The notes beneath the pieces were generated by a model that did no database searches, was not told where the DNA came from, and saw only the letters and a list, made by a program, of their open reading frames with translations. From Bacteroidota bacterium (GTDB lineage Bacteria > Bacteroidota > Bacteroidia > Bacteroidales > Lentimicrobiaceae), in the NCBI GenBank assembly GCA_023441805.1, contig JAEZNO010000025.1, forward strand, positions 13,284 to 77,283: a DNA stretch of 64,000 nucleotides. Direction: 5' to 3'. The first letter of the stretch is position 1. Each line of letters opens with the position of its first letter. Below are positions 1 through 9,937 of the stretch, one piece after another. Both the position numbers and the translations under genes were made by a program.

Positions 1-1860
1 ACTCCATTAAGCTATTCAGGACGGATTACTATAAGATCAGGGATCAATGGTAATATAATAAATGAAGGAGTTGACAGGTATAAGCAGTTGAACCAAAAGC
101 ATCTGAAACCAAACGAAGAAGGATATCAGGGTAACACTATATATGTGACTGTTGAATCAACACAATCAGGGATAAAGATTGCAGAGGCTGTTACTCACAG
201 GGTTTTCCTGGAGGAGCACGAACTAATACTTGAACCGAGGGTTGAGATTACACCAGCTACTATATACCAGGAGTTCAATTATGAGGTAATACAGGGGCAA
301 TCAGTTATGCTTGAGAAGATTGCCGCAATATACACTTCAAAGCCTGACGATGTTGATGAGCCACTAAAGGAAGCACTTAAGCTTGCAACTGTACCCAAAC
401 GTTTCAGTGAAATTGAAGCTGAGAGTACAAAAGCATGGGAGTCCTTATGGAATAAAATGGACATTAAAGTAAGTGGCAGTAGAATTGATCAGAAGCTGTT
501 GAGGCTTCATTTATATCATCTTATGGTATCGGCATCTCCACATAATAAGACAATTGATGCCAGCTTTACGGCTCGTGGATTACATGGAGAAGCATACAGG
601 GGGCACATCTTCTGGGATGAATTGTTTATTCTGCCATTCTATAATATCCATCTTCCTGAAACTGCCAAAGCTACTCTTTTATACAGGTATAGGAGATTAG
701 GCAAGGCTAAAGAATATGCTTCACAGCATGGTTTTAAGGGAGCCATGTTCCCATGGCAGAGTGGAAGTGATGGGAGAGAAGAAACACAGGTGGTACATCT
801 GAACCCTTTAACTGGGCACTGGGGAGATGACTATAGTTCTTTGCAACGACATGTATCATTGGCAATTGCGTACAATATCTGGCAGTATTTTCATGCTACA
901 CATGATATTGAATTCCTATGCAATTATGGAGCTGAAGTGTTCTTTGAGATATGTCGTTTCTGGGAAAGTAAGTCGATTTACAATAGTGAGACAGGAAGAT
1001 ACAGCATTACTTCAGTCATGGGCCCGGATGAATTCCATGAGCAATATCCTGATTCAGATTCAGGTGGATTGAGAGATAATGCTTATACCAATATCCTTAC
1101 AGCCTGGATATTCAGAAAAGCTGCCGAAATCTATGAGATAATCAGGAAACAAGACCCTGAACTAACCGGTAAAGTAGGTATAACTAGCAATGACTTAAAG
1201 ACCTGGGATGAAATTTCTAAGAAACTTACTCTGGTTATCTCAAATGATGGCATCATTGCACAGTATGATGGATATTTCGATCTTAAGGAACTCGATTGGG
1301 ATTACTATAAAAAGAAGTACGGCAACATCTATCGACTAGATAGGATACTAAAGGCTGAAGGTAAATCGCCTGATGAATACAAAGTTGCCAAACAAGCCGA
1401 TACATTGATGATATTCTATATTCTTGAGGAAAAGGAAGTTCGCCACATCATTGAAAGCATGGGTTATATAATTCAGGATGACTTTCTTAAGAAGAACATG
1501 GAATATTACCTGGCACGCACTTCACATGGTTCCACGCTAAGCAGAGTAGTGCATGCGCAGTTGGCTAATATGATTGATGATAGTGAATTGAGCACTATTC
1601 TATACCAGGATGCCCTTAGCAGTGATTATAACGACATACAGGGAGGAACCACTGCTGAAGGTATTCACCTTGGTGTGATGGCCGGCACCATTATGATTGC
1701 CATCCAATCGTACGCAGGATTAAATATATCGGGTAATCAACCGGAATTAAAACCCAAACTACCTAAAACCTGGAAGAGCATTGAGTTTAATATGACCTTC
1801 AGAGGTGAAAACTATTCGATAAAAGTTACTAGAGACAAAGCTGAAATTACGAAAGGTTGA
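1..1860 (+). CDS. Glycoside hydrolase family 65 phosphorylase, trehalose-6-phosphate phosphorylase-like; 5' end lies outside the window
   Basis: Frame is open from base 1 (ORF-track start at 88 is an internal TTG). GH65 motifs ARGLHGEAYRGHIFWDE, GAMFPWQS, VMGPDEFHE (catalytic Glu), KQAD, HGSTLS. Confidence 0.9.
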   Translation, partial: TPLSYSGRITIRSGINGNIINEGVDRYKQLNQKHLKPNEEGYQGNTIYVTVESTQSGIKIAEAVTHRVFLEEHELILEPRVEITPATIYQEFNYEVIQGQSVMLEKIAAIYTSKPDDVDEPLKEALKLATVPKRFSEIEAESTKAWESLWNKMDIKVSGSRIDQKLLRLHLYHLMVSASPHNKTIDASFTARGLHGEAYRGHIFWDELFILPFYNIHLPETAKATLLYRYRRLGKAKEYASQHGFKGAMFPWQSGSDGREETQVVHLNPLTGHWGDDYSSLQRHVSLAIAYNIWQYFHATHDIEFLCNYGAEVFFEICRFWESKSIYNSETGRYSITSVMGPDEFHEQYPDSDSGGLRDNAYTNILTAWIFRKAAEIYEIIRKQDPELTGKVGITSNDLKTWDEISKKLTLVISNDGIIAQYDGYFDLKELDWDYYKKKYGNIYRLDRILKAEGKSPDEYKVAKQADTLMIFYILEEKEVRHIIESMGYIIQDDFLKKNMEYYLARTSHGSTLSRVVHAQLANMIDDSELSTILYQDALSSDYNDIQGGTTAEGIHLGVMAGTIMIAIQSYAGLNISGNQPELKPKLPKTWKSIEFNMTFRGENYSIKVTRDKAEITKG

Positions 1861-1865
1861 ATGAA

Positions 1866-2501
1866 ATGTTAAATGATATTCTATTACTAACTAAAAATCA
1901 TGAGATAGCTGCCCGCAATTTATTAAGCAGGATACTTCCTGAATATAAGAGGAAGTATATTATCAGCATCTCCGGAGAAGTTGATACAGGAAAAGCCGAA
2001 GTCGCCCATATGTTGGGTAAATTGCTAAAAAAAGAAGGCATCAGAGTTAAGATGATGTTCCTGGATAGCTATTATAAAGTACCTCCACTTGAACGCTTCA
2101 AATGGCGTAAGGATAATGGCCTCGAATGTGTTGGGCCGATGGAATACGATTGGGATAAGATAAACCAGAATATTGATGAGTTCCTAAAAGATCAGAGGGC
2201 AACTATGCCTTGTGTTGACCTGTTTACCGGACAAATCGACCAATTGATAACTGACTTTAAGGATATTGATATTCTGATAATAGCAGGTTTATATGCAATG
2301 AAAATTGAGCAGGCCGATTTTAGAGTCTTTATTGAAATGACATACAAAGAAACTATAAATGAACAGATAGCTTCCGGTAAAGAGGAATTGGATGAATTCA
2401 GGATGAAAGTCCTTGAGCAGGAACATAAAGCAGTGATGTCGTTGAAACGACAGGCTGATTATTATCTTGATTTTTATACCGGGGAGTTATTTCATTATTA
2501 A
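1866..2501 (+). CDS. Uridine kinase/phosphoribulokinase-fold P-loop protein with degenerate Walker motifs (probable pseudokinase)
   Basis: Full-length paralogue of 2604..3245. P-loop reads GEVDTGKA and Walker B position reads LIIAG. ATG at 1866 aligns with the paralogue start. Confidence 0.8.
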   Translation: MLNDILLLTKNHEIAARNLLSRILPEYKRKYIISISGEVDTGKAEVAHMLGKLLKKEGIRVKMMFLDSYYKVPPLERFKWRKDNGLECVGPMEYDWDKINQNIDEFLKDQRATMPCVDLFTGQIDQLITDFKDIDILIIAGLYAMKIEQADFRVFIEMTYKETINEQIASGKEELDEFRMKVLEQEHKAVMSLKRQADYYLDFYTGELFHY

Positions 2502-2603
2502 ACATTAACACTTTATAACTAAACTAATTTGCAGACCTCAATTACTTTCAAAGGTTTGATGTAAGAAATAGTAACATTTATAGAACACTAACAATAATGA
2601 AAT

Positions 2604-3245
2604 ATGCTTGGAGATGTATTGTTAATTACTGAAAAACATGAAGTTGCGGCTCGGGCAATACTGCCTTATATTCTAGAGAAAAGAAAGGACAAATACATGA
2701 TCGCTATCTCGGGTGAATCAGGTTCAGGTAAGTCAGAGTTGGCCCATGTTATTGCCCGTCTGCTTAAGAAAGAGGGCATTGTATGCAAACCAATCCACAT
2801 TGATAATTACTATCTAACACATCCACTTGAAAGAACTGAGTGGCGCAAGAAGAATGGAATTGAAACTGTAGTTGGTTATACCGAGTATGATTGGGATACA
2901 ATTTATCGTAACATACAGGACTTTAAAAATAACAGAACATCAACCATGCCTTGTGTGGACTTGGTAACAGAGCAGGTTGATCAACTTACGACTGATTTCA
3001 ATGGAGTTGAGATGCTTATCATCGACGGACTCTATGCAATAAAGACAGAGGGTGTTGACCTAAGAGTCTTTATTGAACTTACGTACCATGAGACAAAAAA
3101 GGCTCAGGTGGTAAGAGGGAAGGAGCCTCAGAATGAATATAGGATGCGTGTGCTTGAGAGAGAACATCAGGTTGTGCAATCACTGAAAGATAAAGCCGAT
3201 TTAATTGTCGGGATGGATTATCAGGTACGTAGAGCCAGAGATTAA
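2604..3245 (+). CDS. Uridine kinase/phosphoribulokinase-fold P-loop kinase, substrate unknown
   Basis: IAISGESGSGKS Walker A, HIDNYY, YDW, LIIDGLYA Walker B, DLRVFI. Confidence 0.85.
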   Translation: MLGDVLLITEKHEVAARAILPYILEKRKDKYMIAISGESGSGKSELAHVIARLLKKEGIVCKPIHIDNYYLTHPLERTEWRKKNGIETVVGYTEYDWDTIYRNIQDFKNNRTSTMPCVDLVTEQVDQLTTDFNGVEMLIIDGLYAIKTEGVDLRVFIELTYHETKKAQVVRGKEPQNEYRMRVLEREHQVVQSLKDKADLIVGMDYQVRRARD

Positions 3246-3255
3246 AACAGCCCTT

Positions 3256-4545
3256 ATGTCAAAAAAAATCCCAGTCAAATGGTCACAGAACCTTACACTC
3301 TATGAGGTAAATCTTCGTCAATACACCAAATCAGGATCATTCAGGGAGTTTAAAGAACATCTGCCAAGATTAAAAGAATTGGGTGTCGGCATCCTATGGT
3401 TTATGCCCCTTCAGCCAATAGGCATGGTGAAAAGAAAAGGAACACTTGGCAGTTATTACAGCATTAGCGATTACCTTGCTATTGATCCCCTTTATGGTAC
3501 CATGGATGAATTTAGAAGCCTGGTTGATACTATTCATTCAATGGGTATGTATGTTATTCTCGATTGGGTGGCAAACCACACTTCATGGGATAATGAGCTT
3601 ACTATATCACATCCTGATTATTACACCCACGATGAACATGGAGGGTTCAAACCTCCATTTCCTGAGTGGGCTGATGTAATTGAGCTTAATTATAAAAATC
3701 CAAAGCTCCGTGAATACATGGTCGATTGCATGAAGTACTGGTTAAAATATACCGGCATTGACGGATTCAGATGTGATATGGCAAACCTTGTTCCTAATGA
3801 TTTTTGGCAGTATGCCCGAAAAGAATTAGACACTGTGAAAGAAGTTTTCATGTTAGCTGAAGCTGAACAGTGGGAGTTGCTGGACGGTGCTTTTGATGCT
3901 ATTTATAATTGGAATTTCTTCCACACTATGAACGATATAGCAAGAGAAAGAAAGAGAGTGTGGGATCTAACTTCTATGGTTGATCGGGAGATTTACCAAT
4001 TTCCGACACATGCTTACCAAATGATGTTCATCTCAAATCATGATGAGAACTCATGGAATGGATCAGAACTTGAGAGATTAGGATATGGACTTGAAACATT
4101 TGGTGCCCTTTATTTTACATTAACAGGCATCCCATTGATTTATTCCGGTCAGGAAGCAGGATCTTATAAGAGGCTGAGTTTCTTTGAGAAAGATGAAATA
4201 GAGTGGAAAGAAGATAAGATGTTTCCTTTTTATGCGAAACTAATACAACTGAAAAAAGAAAACGAGGCGTTGTGGAATGGACCTTATGGTGGAGAGCTTA
4301 TTATACTCGAAACAAATAACGGAGGTAATGTTATATCATATATTCGACAAAAGGGACGCTACAAAGTGCTGGTACTTCTGAACCTAACAGGTCATGATCA
4401 ATTTGCCCATCTGAATGACAGTAGGTTAGAAGGTGATTATATTAATATCTTTACTTCTGATCAGTATACCATCTACGATGATTATTACTTCAGACTAAAG
4501 CCATGGGGATATAAGGTGTTAGAATTAATAGTGAAAGACAAATGA
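3256..4545 (+). CDS. GH13 alpha-amylase family glycosidase, cytoplasmic
   Basis: DWVANH, GFRCDMA, LAEAE, SNHDE catalytic regions intact. No signal peptide. Start taken at ATG 3256, after the upstream stop. Confidence 0.9.
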   Translation: MSKKIPVKWSQNLTLYEVNLRQYTKSGSFREFKEHLPRLKELGVGILWFMPLQPIGMVKRKGTLGSYYSISDYLAIDPLYGTMDEFRSLVDTIHSMGMYVILDWVANHTSWDNELTISHPDYYTHDEHGGFKPPFPEWADVIELNYKNPKLREYMVDCMKYWLKYTGIDGFRCDMANLVPNDFWQYARKELDTVKEVFMLAEAEQWELLDGAFDAIYNWNFFHTMNDIARERKRVWDLTSMVDREIYQFPTHAYQMMFISNHDENSWNGSELERLGYGLETFGALYFTLTGIPLIYSGQEAGSYKRLSFFEKDEIEWKEDKMFPFYAKLIQLKKENEALWNGPYGGELIILETNNGGNVISYIRQKGRYKVLVLLNLTGHDQFAHLNDSRLEGDYINIFTSDQYTIYDDYYFRLKPWGYKVLELIVKDK

Positions 4546-4577
4546 ATCATTAATTTTCCAGGAACAGAGACTGAATG

Positions 4578-5963
4578 CTATTTAACTTTTAGTCCTTTGA
4601 TTTGAACTACATCATCCTTATCTTTCACGAATATAACTGAAATAGCTCCTGCTATCATGAATATTCCGGCTGTGACTATTGCATATACGGCTTGACCACC
4701 GTAAACATATTTCACAATCGGACCACCGAATATTCCATTAACTATCTGAGGAAACGTAATGAAAAAATTGAAAATCCCCATATATACACCCATTTTCTTT
4801 GCAGGGATAGAGCCGGCCAATATGGCATAAGGCATTGCAAGGATGCTCGCCCATGCTATTCCAACACCAATCATACTGAAATTTAAGAACCATTTCATTT
4901 CGGGCGAAGTGACCAGAACGATAGAAATCAATCCTAACCCACCAATGGTCAAACATATTGAGTGGGTCAGGCGACGTCCAACCTTAGCTGCAATAACCGG
5001 AAGTAACATGGCGAAAAGTGCAGCCACAAGATTATATACACCGAAAATAACGCCAACATAATCACCTGCAGTATTGAAAGCCTCTGAACTCCTGTCGTCA
5101 GGTGAAAGTCCCCATACATGCTGAGCCAAAGCAGGGGTTGTAAAAACCCACATTGAAAATAGTGCAAACCATGAGAAAAATTGGACTAATCCCAATTGTT
5201 TCATTGTAGTAGGCATCCTGGCAAAATCCTTAAAAATATCGAGGATACTACTCTTTTTTTCTTTCTTAAGTTCAATTTCATTGTCATCAGCGACGACATT
5301 ATATTCAGCCATTTCCTCTGGAGTGTATTCGCGTGTTGTGAATATAGTCCATAAGATTGCTCCAACCAATACAGTTGCTCCTGTGATGAAAGAAATCAAT
5401 ACATTAGTCGGAACTAATCCTGTTTCTGACACATTTGAGAGACCCACCCAGTTAGTTAATACGTAAGGTAACCATGAACCCAGCACTGCGCCAACACCTA
5501 TAAGGAAAGTCTGCACTGAGAAACCCAGAGTTCGCTGATCTGTAGGAAGTTTATCAGCCACTAATGCCCTGAAAGGTTCCATTGCTATATTGAAGGATGC
5601 ATCCATAACCATAAGCATTCCTGCACCTACCCATAATGCGGGTAAATAGGCCGCAAACATTGGTGATTGTGGCATTAAAATCAAGCCGACTGCCGCCAGC
5701 AAGGCTCCGGTGAGGAAATATGGTTTTCTTCTGCCAAGTCGGTTCCAAGTATTATCACTGTAATGGCCAATGATAGGTTGTACAATCATTCCAGTAAGAG
5801 GAGCTACCAACCAGAACCATGAAAGGTGTTCAACATCAGCACCAAAGGTTTGTAGGATACGACTTGCATTGGCATTTTGAAGTGCAAATCCAAATTGGAT
5901 CCCAAGGAATCCGACACTCATATTGAAAATCTGCCAGAACGACAGGTGGGGTTTCATTTTCAT
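4578..5963 (-). CDS. MFS maltose/alpha-glucoside transporter (MalT/SLC45-like)
   Basis: LSFWQIFNMSVGFLGIQFGFALQ, SDNTWNRLGRRKPY, MEPFRALVAD, KMGVYMGIFNFFI; about 12 hydrophobic segments. Confidence 0.9.
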   Translation of the reverse strand: MKMKPHLSFWQIFNMSVGFLGIQFGFALQNANASRILQTFGADVEHLSWFWLVAPLTGMIVQPIIGHYSDNTWNRLGRRKPYFLTGALLAAVGLILMPQSPMFAAYLPALWVGAGMLMVMDASFNIAMEPFRALVADKLPTDQRTLGFSVQTFLIGVGAVLGSWLPYVLTNWVGLSNVSETGLVPTNVLISFITGATVLVGAILWTIFTTREYTPEEMAEYNVVADDNEIELKKEKKSSILDIFKDFARMPTTMKQLGLVQFFSWFALFSMWVFTTPALAQHVWGLSPDDRSSEAFNTAGDYVGVIFGVYNLVAALFAMLLPVIAAKVGRRLTHSICLTIGGLGLISIVLVTSPEMKWFLNFSMIGVGIAWASILAMPYAILAGSIPAKKMGVYMGIFNFFITFPQIVNGIFGGPIVKYVYGGQAVYAIVTAGIFMIAGAISVIFVKDKDDVVQIKGLKVK

Positions 5964-6066
5964 ACAAAGGATGTTAGGTTGTGATTAATTAAAAGGTAAA
6001 ATTATTGAAAATTATTCCCACAAAGACTAATGCTGAATCTTATTTTGGAGTAAAATAAATGTTTTG

Positions 6067-6074
6067 TAAATTTG
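6067..6074 (+). promoter_or_regulatory. Bacteroidota -7 promoter box for tRNA-Gly
   Basis: TAAATTTG matches TAnnTTTG, 11 nt upstream of the tRNA. Confidence 0.65.
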
Positions 6075-6085
6075 CCTCATTACTT

Positions 6086-6158
6086 GCGGAAGTAGCTCAG
6101 TTGGTAGAGCATCAGCTTCCCAAGCTGAGGGTCGCGGGTTCGAATCCCGTTTTCCGCT
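6086..6158 (+). tRNA. tRNA-Gly(CCC)
   Basis: GCGGAAG/TTTCCGC acceptor stem, TAGCTCAGTTGGTAGAGC D arm, TCAGC-TTCCCAA-GCTGA anticodon arm, GGTTCGAATCC T arm. CCA not encoded. Confidence 0.97.
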
Positions 6159-6177
6159 CATCATGAGGAAGGAGAGG

Positions 6178-6215
6178 AAAAGGCTGGCTCACATAATTGA
6201 GACCAGCCTTTCTTG
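6178..6215. terminator. Intrinsic terminator hairpin downstream of tRNA-Gly
   Basis: AAAAGGCTGG-CTCA...TGAG-A-CCAGCCTTT followed by T-rich sequence. Confidence 0.7.
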
Positions 6216-6309
6216 TATCTTGTAAATACATAGCCAATCGCGAAATATCACTCTCTCCTTGTGAATAATACACAAGGTCCGTGACTAATTAAATCTTTCG
6301 AATCTTAAG

Positions 6310-6816
6310 TTACTTACTTAGAGCTTCTTTATAAAGATTGAAATTCGTATCATCAAAAGTGACAAAGATTACTTTCTTTGGAATTTCATTCTGTAAGAGG
6401 TAGTCTTTAACTGTTTTTAGAGCAATTTCAGCTGCCTTCTCTTTCGGAAAGCCATATACACCGGTACTTATATTTGGAAAGGCTATTGTTTCACAGCTAT
6501 ACTCTGATGCAAGTTTCAGGCTCTGATTATAACAGGATGCAAGAAGGACTTCTTCATTATCATTCCCACCCATCCAAATTGGGCCAACAGCATGAATCAC
6601 ATAACTGGCAGGTAGTTTATACCCTTTAGTGATTTTCGCCTCACCTGTCGGACAGCCTCCAAGTGTACGGCATTCAGCCAATAACTCAGGACCTGCAGCT
6701 CTATGTATAGCTCCATCAACTCCACCTCCTCCTAAAAGAGAAGTGTTAGCAGCATTCACGATTGCATTAACTTTAAGTGTTGTAATATCTCCTTTTATAA
6801 CCTCTATCTGTTCCAT
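6310..6816 (-). CDS. ymdB: Macrodomain protein, O-acetyl-ADP-ribose deacetylase (YmdB-like)
   Basis: [29 protein letters not shown]. Confidence 0.92.
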   Translation of the reverse strand: MEQIEVIKGDITTLKVNAIVNAANTSLLGGGGVDGAIHRAAGPELLAECRTLGGCPTGEAKITKGYKLPASYVIHAVGPIWMGGNDNEEVLLASCYNQSLKLASEYSCETIAFPNISTGVYGFPKEKAAEIALKTVKDYLLQNEIPKKVIFVTFDDTNFNLYKEALSK

Positions 6817-6900
6817 AACTTTAATAGATTAGAACAATCCAATCAGTCATTAGTTATCAAATATCAGATTCACGTATCTCAATCATTCACTTTTCATTCA

Positions 6901-8325
6901 TCAAGCTTTACGGACTATCAATTGGGCGTTTTCATATTTAATAACGACAACAGGCTGACCTTTATCGATATATCCGGTTTGAGCTACTGCGTCATAAACA
7001 TCATTTTCTATTTCAATCTTGCCGGCTGGTCTGAGTATAGTGTGAGCAGTACCTGTTTTACCTATTAGTTCTGCATACTTCATATCAGCTGAGATATACC
7101 CTGATTCACTTTGCTGTGTTGATAATAGCGCCAACTCACCAAAGATGGTCTTTTTGCCGAACAATCGACTGGTCGTATAGAAGGATAGAATGATTGACAG
7201 AAAAGTAGCAATGATCACAATAGCGAGTGATTCAAATATCCGGTTTACAGCCAACCCCTGAAAATCAAATCCAATATTACCAATAAGACTCAGTGTTAAT
7301 CCAATGATAGTTAATGCAATACCGGTAATTCCGGCAACACCGAATCCTGGTATGGCAAACAATTCAAGTGCTATCAGTACCAGTCCAATAATAAAGATCA
7401 GAATCTCCCAATTTGCCGCAAGTCCTTCAAGATACAATGGCGCGAAATAGAGAGCTGCAGCGGTGACAGCTACTACTAATGCAAAACCTATACCCGGGCT
7501 TTGTAACTCGAAGTATAAACCACCGATTATAAGCATAATGAGAATTCCGCTGATAAATGGTTTAGTTAGGAAACCTATAATCTTATCAAGTGCTGTTAAT
7601 TGTTGCTTTACTACTTTAACATCTTCCAGACCATGATTTTTTAAAATTTCCCGAATGCTGGATGCTTCTCCTTCACAAAATCCGTATTTTATAGCCTCTG
7701 ATGAAGTAAAAGTGATAACCTGTGTACTATCTGAGATACCCGGTACGACAATTCTTGGGTCAACCATTGCCTGTGCAATATCAGAATCTCTTCCTGTAGC
7801 CTCTGCGGTTGAACGCATCATTCCCCTCATATACGACTGATATTTATCAGGTACTACTTTTCCCTCCTGGTCCACCACTGTGGCAGCTCCAATATTAGCC
7901 CCTTTACGCATAAATATGCTATCGCAAGCTATAGATATCAAGGCGCCGGCTGATGCTGCATTATTGTCGATGAATACCCATACAGGAATAGGGGATTGTA
8001 ACAGTGCTGTACGTATTGAATCAGCTGATTCAAGCATACCACCGTAAGTGTTTAAGTGTATAATAATAAGATCAGCTTTAAGTTCTAAAGCCTCATCCAG
8101 TGCTTTACGGGTTAATCGCCAAATGGGAGGGGCGATCTCCTCCATTATATCAAACTGATAAATGAGATTAATTTCTTCTTGTATTGTACCGGCTGATCTG
8201 TTTGGTTCATAGGAAGCTATACTGTCATTATCTGTTTGGACAGAATTGCGATTTTGAGCAGAGGAAAAACTTGTACAGAAGAAACAAAGCAAAGCAACGA
8301 TTGTGATCTTGAATTTTGAAGTCAT
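6901..8325 (-). CDS. nfeD: Long-form NfeD membrane-bound ClpP-class serine protease
   Basis: Signal peptide, LNTYGG, NAASAGALI, IGAATVV, transmembrane block, C-terminal OB fold (TILRPAGKIEI). Confidence 0.88.
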   Translation of the reverse strand: MTSKFKITIVALLCFFCTSFSSAQNRNSVQTDNDSIASYEPNRSAGTIQEEINLIYQFDIMEEIAPPIWRLTRKALDEALELKADLIIIHLNTYGGMLESADSIRTALLQSPIPVWVFIDNNAASAGALISIACDSIFMRKGANIGAATVVDQEGKVVPDKYQSYMRGMMRSTAEATGRDSDIAQAMVDPRIVVPGISDSTQVITFTSSEAIKYGFCEGEASSIREILKNHGLEDVKVVKQQLTALDKIIGFLTKPFISGILIMLIIGGLYFELQSPGIGFALVVAVTAAALYFAPLYLEGLAANWEILIFIIGLVLIALELFAIPGFGVAGITGIALTIIGLTLSLIGNIGFDFQGLAVNRIFESLAIVIIATFLSIILSFYTTSRLFGKKTIFGELALLSTQQSESGYISADMKYAELIGKTGTAHTILRPAGKIEIENDVYDAVAQTGYIDKGQPVVVIKYENAQLIVRKA

Positions 8326-8536
8326 AGTTTGTGGAAATTCGATATAAAGATAAGAATTTTGGTAGAATGATGATGCTTGCTAATAATGATGAGTGATGAA
8401 TCCCCGGGCCCGACAGGGATAGATAACAGCAAGAAATTAAATCAAACAATTGGAAGTAGGGATGGTAATAAATTGCAATAAGTGTCAATACCCTTTAGGG
8501 TTTGAGTTCCCAATATATGCGTAGTGACAATAATGG

Positions 8537-9349
8537 TTAGTAATCGGCTTTATTGAAATATTGTTTGATAATAGAATGCATCTCCTTATGTATGTGACGA
8601 TTACCACAAATAAGCTCTTTACCAAAGAGGGCATTGTCTCCGCCTTTGAAGTCAGTGACAACACCACCGGCTTGTTTTACAATAATAATACCGGCTGCCA
8701 CATCCCATGGATGCAAACCATATTCATAAAAACCATCGAATCTTCCTGCAGCAACATAAGCCATATCTGCAGCAGCCGAACCTAATCTCCTTAGTCCTGC
8801 TGTTGATTTCATCATTTCACGAAAAACATCAAGATATTCTTCCATCCGTCCATAGTCGTAATATGGGAACCCTGTTGCCAGAAGTGAAGTATCGAAATTG
8901 ATGGTACGTGAAATTTGGATTTCAGAATTGTTTAGATAAGCAGGTGAGCCTTTCCATGCATAGAAACATTCGTCAAGGTTGACCTCATAAATTACACCTG
9001 CTACAATTTCAGTATTCTCCTGAAGTGCAATACTTACACAGTAAACCGGTACCCGATGGATGAAATTCGTGGTCCCATCGAGAGGGTCAATTATCCATTG
9101 AAATCTTTCACCTACAGTACTATCAGTATCCTCTTCAGTAATAAAGCCTGCTTGAGGTAATACTTTACGTAAACCTGTAACAAGCATTTCTTCAACATTC
9201 TTATCCACATAAGTAACGTAGTTATGGGCACTTTTTTCTTCAATCTGTTCTGTATGTATCTTACTTGCTTGTTGCTGTATGTATCTACCTGCATCTCTTG
9301 CAAGATTGCAGATATCCATACAAATTGACCTATAATCTATTGTGCTCAT
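8537..9349 (-). CDS. suhB: Inositol monophosphatase family protein
   Basis: EE, WIIDPLDGTTNF, RRLGSAA, WDVAAG. Confidence 0.9.
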   Translation of the reverse strand: MSTIDYRSICMDICNLARDAGRYIQQQASKIHTEQIEEKSAHNYVTYVDKNVEEMLVTGLRKVLPQAGFITEEDTDSTVGERFQWIIDPLDGTTNFIHRVPVYCVSIALQENTEIVAGVIYEVNLDECFYAWKGSPAYLNNSEIQISRTINFDTSLLATGFPYYDYGRMEEYLDVFREMMKSTAGLRRLGSAAADMAYVAAGRFDGFYEYGLHPWDVAAGIIIVKQAGGVVTDFKGGDNALFGKELICGNRHIHKEMHSIIKQYFNKADY

Positions 9350-9801
9350 TTTTGTTTACTGATTGAACGGTGAATAGGGAGAAGTGCACTCAAAGCTGCT
9401 GTACCATACCAAGGGATGTAATCAACATCAAAGAATTTTGAATTTACAGTCGGGTCTCTTTCAATCCATACTTTAGCTTGTTCTATGGATTCAGTATTAA
9501 GGATAAACAACCCTCTATACTGAAGTTCATTCTTCCCGTAAGGGCCTGCCAGCACGAGATATCCAGAATCTGCCAGACTATTCATGTTCTGAAAGTGACC
9601 TTTAAATATACTATCCAATACAGCTTTATCATTAATTTTTACATTACCCGTCTTGAGTACTACGAAGACATACGACTTCATTCCAAGCTCATCTGCTCCT
9701 AATGATTTAGCGAGTGTAGAGTCGTAGACTATATCAGAACTTTGTGAAAATACCGAGATACTACCAAAGAGACAGGTAAGAATAAAGAGGATTCGTTTCA
9801 T
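9346..9801 (-). CDS. Secreted YciI-like protein
   Basis: Signal peptide MKRILFILTCLF, then LGADELGMKSYV, GHFQNM, LAGPY, DP. The ORF-track TTG start at 9825 sits inside a TAAATTTG promoter box, so ATG 9801 is preferred. Confidence 0.75.
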   Translation of the reverse strand: MKRILFILTCLFGSISVFSQSSDIVYDSTLAKSLGADELGMKSYVFVVLKTGNVKINDKAVLDSIFKGHFQNMNSLADSGYLVLAGPYGKNELQYRGLFILNTESIEQAKVWIERDPTVNSKFFDVDYIPWYGTAALSALLPIHRSISKQK

Positions 9802-9937
9802 GATAAATGCTTTAAGTTTATGCAAATTTAATGATTAACAAACAGTCTGACTGATTAGTGTAAAATCACATTTTAATCCTTAGATATTCCATTGAAGTTA
9901 AATTATCAGGATGTGATCATGGCCAATTTAATATTTA

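Noticed and set aside
1866..2501. Calling the degenerate kinase a pseudogene
   Set aside because: Full-length frame with no stop or frameshift; changes cluster in ATP-binding motifs.
6086..6310. tRNA-Gly as an integration site for an island
   Set aside because: No integrase, no duplicated tRNA 3' end seen, and flanking genes are housekeeping.
6310..6816. Macrodomain as part of a toxin-antitoxin or anti-phage system
   Set aside because: Plain YmdB-like single domain with no neighbouring ADP-ribosyltransferase, sirtuin or defence gene.
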